Of a DNA stretch of 64,000 nt, positions 58,880-64,000 are shown one piece after another. How positions within the stretch are numbered: position 1 is the stretch's first letter; each line of letters opens with the position of its first letter. Location of the stretch: the NCBI GenBank assembly GCA_963668315.1, contig OY764216.1, forward strand, positions 5,504,001-5,568,000, in the 5' to 3' direction. The notes under the pieces were generated by a model that had not been told where the DNA came from, searched no databases, and worked only from the letters and a program-made list of their open reading frames with translations. This DNA is from Spirochaetia bacterium (GTDB taxonomy: Bacteria > Spirochaetota > Spirochaetia > DSM-2461). The position numbers and the translations under genes were made by a program.

Positions 58880-59470
58880 TTGCCGGACAAGTTTGACAAG
58901 CGATGGCACCGGCGGGCTCTTCGTGGCGATCCGACGGCGATCGAGGCCCTGGCCTGTGCGGCTGTGGGGCCCCTCTATCGCTTCTGCCTCCACCGCCTTG
59001 GCGGGAACTCTCACCTGACCGAGGAAGTCGTTCAAGAGACACTCGTTCGAGCCATCCGCGAACTGGAGAAATATGATCCCGCCCGGGCAAGCGGCAATGT
59101 GTTGAGTTGGCTCACCGGATTGGCGCGGAATCAGATACGCCGAGCCTTGAATCGGGAAGGCGAGGCTGTCAGCTTCCAGGCACTCTGGGACAAGTTGGAT
59201 GAGGATCTTCGCGGAGTGTATGCAAGGATCGAGTCGGAGCCCCTTGCGTGCGAAGTGCTCGACCGCGACGAGACACGCGAGATGGTCAATGCGACCATGG
59301 CCCAATTGCCCGCCAAGTACCGCGAGGCTCTTGAAGCGAAATACGTGGACGGTAAGAGCGTTCGCGACATGGCCGCGGCTCTCCGTATGTCGGAGAAGGC
59401 CGTCGAAAGCCAACTGACCCGGGCGCGAAAGGCCTTCCGAGCGACGTTTGCCGCGTTGGGCGAAGCGTAG
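58880..59470 (+). CDS. ECF RNA polymerase sigma factor
   Basis: Region 2 EEVVQETL..WL..LARN; region 4 LP.KYREAL....DG.S...A..L..SEKAVESQL.RAR; TTG after GGAG. Confidence 0.92.
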   Translation: MPDKFDKRWHRRALRGDPTAIEALACAAVGPLYRFCLHRLGGNSHLTEEVVQETLVRAIRELEKYDPARASGNVLSWLTGLARNQIRRALNREGEAVSFQALWDKLDEDLRGVYARIESEPLACEVLDRDETREMVNATMAQLPAKYREALEAKYVDGKSVRDMAAALRMSEKAVESQLTRARKAFRATFAALGEA

Positions 59471-59503
59471 GAATTCGGACGCGGCTGCTGACGTGACCAA
59501 TAA

Positions 59504-59556
59504 CAGGCTGAAGCCTGGACTCCAACAAGTAAGCAGGCTGAAGCCTGGACTCCAAC
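59504..59556. repeat. Tandem REP pair (23 bp x2, period 30)
   Basis: CAGGCTGAAGCCTGGACTCCAAC at 59504 and 59534, each with a CAGGCT-GA-AGCCTG hairpin. Confidence 0.85.
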
Positions 59557-59571
59557 GAGGAGTATATCACC

Positions 59572-62500
59572 ATGTCGGAACACGGCGATCGCAAGAGTGT
59601 TGGGGAAACCAACGTCCAGCGGCTCCTGTCCGAGGCCTACCGCCCGGAGCAACCGGACTCGGCCTTTGCCGAACGGGTCACTCGTGCCATGCTGGCTGAG
59701 GCCGAGCGGCGTCAGAACACAACCACTGCCCCGCGAACACGGCTGGTCTGGCATGGGGCGGTGTGGGTGACGGCCGCAGTGCTGCTGATCGCCTTGGGCG
59801 CCGGGCTCGGGCATTACTTTTCTCGCCCTGAATTGCCTGGGGGCGACTCGCCCATTCGATTTGCCGAAGGAGGCACCGATGCGGCTCCGTCGCCGCACCT
59901 CGCTGCAAGTTGGCCGGTGGCGACTGCCCTGTCGCCGCGACCGCGTGCGGAAGCCCCGCCAACTCCCAAACTGGCCGTGGGCGATTCGGCTCGCACCGGC
60001 CCGACGGAACGGCGGAGGGTCGAACTCCCCGACGGTTCGGTTCTCTATCTCAATCGGGACACGAGCCTCACGCTAACTTCCTCACGCCACATTCAACTTG
60101 ACCAAGGCGAGATCTATCTGGAGGTAGCATCGCGGCACGAGGCCGACACGGAAGACGAGGCCAATCGCTTTGTGGTGATGACGGCGGACCGCGAGGTCGT
60201 GTCGCTGGGTACGAAATTCAACGTGCGAGCGGAAGGCCGCGGCACCTCGGTGGCCGTCACTCAGGGCAAGGTGCAAGTGAGCGGCGTCGACGGGCCGCTC
60301 CAGGCCGGCCAGCAGGTTCTGGAAACCGGCGCGGAGCCCGTCCCGATCGGCCAGGCCTTTCACCTGATCGACTGGACCCGCGATCTGGTCGCCGCTTCGC
60401 AGTCGCCCCTGGTCCCGGCCAGCAACTACGCCGGCGGCGCGTTGGTGGCCCGGCGGCCGGGAGGCGACGAGGCGAGCCTGAGCATGCGGCGCTACAAGGT
60501 CGACGTTCACATCGAAGACGGGTTTGCGAGAACCACGATCGATCAGACCTACTTCAACCATGAGTCGTGGCGGCTGGAGGGCACGTTCTTCTTTCCCCTG
60601 CCGCCCGATGCTTCTCTTTCGCGACTGGCCATGTACGTGGGTGGAAAGCTCATGGAAGGCGGCATGGCCGAACGGGAACACGCCCGGAAGACCTTCGAGT
60701 CGATTGTTCGCAAGCAGAAGGACCCGGCCCTGCTGGAGTGGATCGACGGCAGCACCTTCCGCATGCGGGTCTTCCCACTCGAACCGCGGCAGGAGAAGCG
60801 GATTGTTCTGAGCTACACCCAGCGGCTCGAGCGGCTCGGCGATCGCGTCGAGTACCGCTTTCCCGGCGGGCACAGCATGGCGAAGGTGGGCCAATGGTCG
60901 TGCCACGTCCGTGCCAAGGACCGCGAGGGCTGCCGCTGGGAGGCCGATTCGTACGACTTCCATGCCGGCCGCGAAGAGCAGGACCTTTTGCTCGATGCCA
61001 CGGCGGAAGACGTCAGCCCCGACCGAAACGTGGTCCTCCGATTCTGGGACCGAACCTCCGAGAACAAGCGGGCGGATGCCGGGCCGCAATTCGTCTCGGC
61101 CGAGCACGAGGGCCAGCGCTATCTTGCCTTGCGGTATCCCTTCCAGCCAGGCGGTGGCCGGAAGATGCGGCGCGATTGGGTGTTTTTGTATGAAACCTCG
61201 GCCGATCGCGACCCGGTGCTGGCCCGGGTCCAGGTCGACGTGATCAAAACCCTGCTCGAAAACGCCGAACGGGACGACACATTCACGATCCTAGCGGCCA
61301 GCAGCCGAATTCGCGCGATGTCCGAGGTCCCGCTTCCCGTTCGGCCCAAGAACGTGCGGCGGGCCATCGAATTTCTGGAGAAGTCTCAACTGGTCGGGGC
61401 CCTCGATCTCGAAAAGGCCTTCGGCGCCGCCGCGGCCGCGGCCCGGGATGTTGAGAATCCGTGTGTCGTTCACCTGGGCAGCGGCTACCCGCGACTGGGC
61501 GAAGAAGACCAGGTGGCGCTCGCTCGCCTGCTTCCGGAGAAGAGCACCTATGTGGGCGTGGCCGTGGGCAACCGCTGGAATCGCGCCCTGATGAAGCGTC
61601 TGGCCGGCGATTCGGGAGGATATCTGACGCAGATCAACCCGAACGAACCGGTCGCATGGCGGGCGATCGAACTGGCCTCGCGGTTGAACGCCCCGCGGCT
61701 GACGAACGTGCGAGTTGTCGACAACCGAGAGAAACTGCACTTTCTCAACATGAGCGACGTTGTGTGTGAGGGGGAAGAACTGCTGGCCGTCGCCCGCATG
61801 GATGCCGGTGCAAAGCTGCCCAAGTGGGTGGACGTGACAGGCCGGATGGACGGCGAACCCTACACGGAGCGAGTGCCTGTCGGCCAGGTTTCCGAAGGTG
61901 CGGAGTACCTGCCTCGCACCTGGTCGAAGCTCGAAATCGACCGGCTCGTGGCTGAAGACGCCCTCGCCCACCACGACGAGATCGTCAACCTGAGCATGGC
62001 CATGTACGTCATGTCGCCCTTCACGTCGCTGCTGGTGCTGGAGAACGACGCCATGTACGAGCAGTATCACGTGGATCGCGGTCGGAAGGACCATTGGGCC
62101 CTCTATCCATGCCCCGAGACGATCGAGGTCGTTCACGAGCCGCTTCCTTCTTCACCGCCTGCACCGCCCAAACCGGCTGTTGCCGGGCCGAGCGTGGAAG
62201 AGGTGCTGGCAACCATTCTGCTGCGTCATGGGAGATCCTGGTTGGACGTCGCGTCGATTGGTGGGGAGGGAGAACGGGGGAAGATCAACGCGAATACAGT
62301 CACGTGGGATATCCCGAACGCGTGGGAGTGGGGTTTCTGGGATGTCGATCATGACGGAGATGTGACGGTGGGGTTGAGCGGGCCGGGGATGTTCAGTGCG
62401 GACTTGGACATTCCCTTTACCGGCTACGAATGGCAGGATGTCCCGCAAGGCATCACGCTCCCGGGAACGGCGGATTCTGACGGTCTCTTTTCGGTGTTCG

Positions 62501-64000
62501 AGATTTCGGCCAGACGCTCCGCGCGGGTTTCCGACTGGGGCGAAGACGCCTTTCGTGGTTCCTTTTACTTGCCTAAGGTCTACCCAGTTGCCGACATGGT
62601 GATCCCCCTTCCGCAATCGGAGTTCGTGTTTGGAGTTCGCCCAGCGAATCGCTTCCATGAGCTTGTCGAACGAGAAACGTACAGAGTTGTCGAGCAAGCT
62701 CACCGGGCGTCGAAATCGGATCTGGAAGGCTCAATCTACAATCTCAAGCAACAGATCGAAACGGTCCGCCAGTTGACCGAGTTGGGCCCTCGGCATTCAG
62801 AACATCTGCTCGGCCTGCTCCAAACGGCGGTTGGCGAGGCGATGGGCAGGCAACAGGCCGAAGAGCGACGGCAACGGAGCCAATCGGAGAGGATCGCTGC
62901 TGCCCGCGATCGCGAGCAAAAACTCCTAGAAAGCCTCCAAAAGGCGGACAAGGTCCGCCAGCTCATGAACCGCTTCGATTCGCTTATGGCTGAAAGCAGG
63001 TATCGCTTCGCCGAAGAACCCGCGATCGAGATGGGGACGGATTCGGGCATAGGCGTACCGGCTGGAATTGCCCGCACGCTGCAAAGTCGTACGATCGAGG
63101 AGTTGAACCGCGAGATGGTGTTGCGGTTTGAACGTCAGAAAGGGGTTGTCGACCGGCTCTACATCACAGAACTCGCTCACGTGCCGTTTCCCGACGAGCC
63201 GCCAATCCTCTATCCGCCCGCCGAGGTTTGGAGGGAACTGACTGAGCGCCGCCGAGAAGGCTACCTTTCGATGGACTTGGCCAGTCCGTTTTCGTCCGAA
63301 CGGCAAATCCGGGCCGCGCTGGCCGAAAAGACGTTCGTTGATTTTGACGCGGAGCCGCTGCGCGGGGTGGTTCGATTCTGGGAGGATTATCACGATATCA
63401 GGATCAAGATCGCGGAGGATTGTCTGCGCCGAGCCGGGATTAGTCCGGATGCGAAGATAAGCAAGCATATCGAAGGGATTTCGCTGCGTTCCGCAATGCG
63501 TCTGGTCCTCGGCGACCTGGATTTGACGTATGTACAGGGCAACGGCGGCCTGATTATTATGCCCACACGGGACGCCTGGTGTTTTCAACACCGCGTGCGG
63601 CGTTCCTCGTTCGGTCCGCCGGCCATTCACAATCTCCTGGCCTACGCCCCGGGGGTGCAGACGACTGCGGCCGACGTGCTGGCTGTGGTCGATGCTGAGG
63701 CGGCCTTGGAAGACAAACCGACTGTCGGTCGAATTGATAAGCGGGCCCGGCAGCTCATCGAGAGTGCCCGACGTGACGGCTGGCAGCGGCTCGTCGGCGG
63801 TGAAAACGCAGAGCGCGAGGTGAGTGTCGTCTACGACGGCGAGGGCCATTTCCGGATCGACACCGAGACCGCCCTGGGCCTCAAGGAGACCATTTCGTGT
63901 GATGGCCAGAATCTCTGGCATCAGTATCCGGAACTCGGCGTGGGGACGCGGCGTCCCACGTGCCGCTTCTACGGAAACGCGGCCCGGGCTCTGGTTCCAT
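59572..64000 (+). CDS. Giant membrane-anchored anti-sigma-like protein: TM + FecR + VIT + degenerate vWA + STN-like; runs off the window
   Basis: Manual translation from ATG 59572 (GAGGAG RBS): TM WVTAAVLLIALGAG; FecR LPDGSVLYLN..GTKF.V..VTQG.V; VIT EGTFFFPLP..DPALLE..VFP; no stop found in the frame. Confidence 0.85.
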   Translation, partial: MSEHGDRKSVGETNVQRLLSEAYRPEQPDSAFAERVTRAMLAEAERRQNTTTAPRTRLVWHGAVWVTAAVLLIALGAGLGHYFSRPELPGGDSPIRFAEGGTDAAPSPHLAASWPVATALSPRPRAEAPPTPKLAVGDSARTGPTERRRVELPDGSVLYLNRDTSLTLTSSRHIQLDQGEIYLEVASRHEADTEDEANRFVVMTADREVVSLGTKFNVRAEGRGTSVAVTQGKVQVSGVDGPLQAGQQVLETGAEPVPIGQAFHLIDWTRDLVAASQSPLVPASNYAGGALVARRPGGDEASLSMRRYKVDVHIEDGFARTTIDQTYFNHESWRLEGTFFFPLPPDASLSRLAMYVGGKLMEGGMAEREHARKTFESIVRKQKDPALLEWIDGSTFRMRVFPLEPRQEKRIVLSYTQRLERLGDRVEYRFPGGHSMAKVGQWSCHVRAKDREGCRWEADSYDFHAGREEQDLLLDATAEDVSPDRNVVLRFWDRTSENKRADAGPQFVSAEHEGQRYLALRYPFQPGGGRKMRRDWVFLYETSADRDPVLARVQVDVIKTLLENAERDDTFTILAASSRIRAMSEVPLPVRPKNVRRAIEFLEKSQLVGALDLEKAFGAAAAAARDVENPCVVHLGSGYPRLGEEDQVALARLLPEKSTYVGVAVGNRWNRALMKRLAGDSGGYLTQINPNEPVAWRAIELASRLNAPRLTNVRVVDNREKLHFLNMSDVVCEGEELLAVARMDAGAKLPKWVDVTGRMDGEPYTERVPVGQVSEGAEYLPRTWSKLEIDRLVAEDALAHHDEIVNLSMAMYVMSPFTSLLVLENDAMYEQYHVDRGRKDHWALYPCPETIEVVHEPLPSSPPAPPKPAVAGPSVEEVLATILLRHGRSWLDVASIGGEGERGKINANTVTWDIPNAWEWGFWDVDHDGDVTVGLSGPGMFSADLDIPFTGYEWQDVPQGITLPGTADSDGLFSVFEISARRSARVSDWGEDAFRGSFYLPKVYPVADMVIPLPQSEFVFGVRPANRFHELVERETYRVVEQAHRASKSDLEGSIYNLKQQIETVRQLTELGPRHSEHLLGLLQTAVGEAMGRQQAEERRQRSQSERIAAARDREQKLLESLQKADKVRQLMNRFDSLMAESRYRFAEEPAIEMGTDSGIGVPAGIARTLQSRTIEELNREMVLRFERQKGVVDRLYITELAHVPFPDEPPILYPPAEVWRELTERRREGYLSMDLASPFSSERQIRAALAEKTFVDFDAEPLRGVVRFWEDYHDIRIKIAEDCLRRAGISPDAKISKHIEGISLRSAMRLVLGDLDLTYVQGNGGLIIMPTRDAWCFQHRVRRSSFGPPAIHNLLAYAPGVQTTAADVLAVVDAEAALEDKPTVGRIDKRARQLIESARRDGWQRLVGGENAEREVSVVYDGEGHFRIDTETALGLKETISCDGQNLWHQYPELGVGTRRPTCRFYGNAARALVP

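Noticed and set aside
59504..59556. CRISPR array
   Set aside because: Only two repeats with a 7-bp spacer and no cas genes; REP-like instead

Overview
GC-rich bacterial DNA that looks like a planctomycete (Pirellulales-like), inferred from DUF1559, DUF1598, several sulfatases and Tat/Sec-secreted carbohydrate-active enzymes. 1-24.3 kb is a glycan-degradation region (sulfatases, PHP hydrolase, sialidase-like, GH31, HpcH aldolase, GH36, GH117, GntR, 1491-aa modular secreted protein). Its 11.6-19.7 kb part is scarred by deletions and frameshifts, with remnants of FG-GAP, sulfatase, GH16 porphyranase-like and Imm11-like genes. 24.3-30.2 kb holds a hypothetical/beta-propeller/GcvH-like/ferredoxin operon divergent from a hypothetical+SNF2 pair. 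31.8-41.7 kb is a 7-gene HDOD/HD-GYP/PAS-kinase signalling cluster flanked by two XylR-type regulators. Then come Gfo/Idh/MocA, DUF1559, PfpI, TPR, NamZ, a small gene+aspartic protease pair, DUF1598, an FHA-GAF-sigma54 activator, uxaC and a SprA-like gene. The window ends with an ECF sigma factor that has an ECF-type promoter, followed by a >1476-aa FecR-VIT-vWA-STN protein running off the edge. Several unrelated small palindromic/MITE elements are present; one is inserted in-frame inside a gene. No rRNA, tRNA, CRISPR or transposase was seen. All domain calls come from reading motifs by eye, not from database searches.
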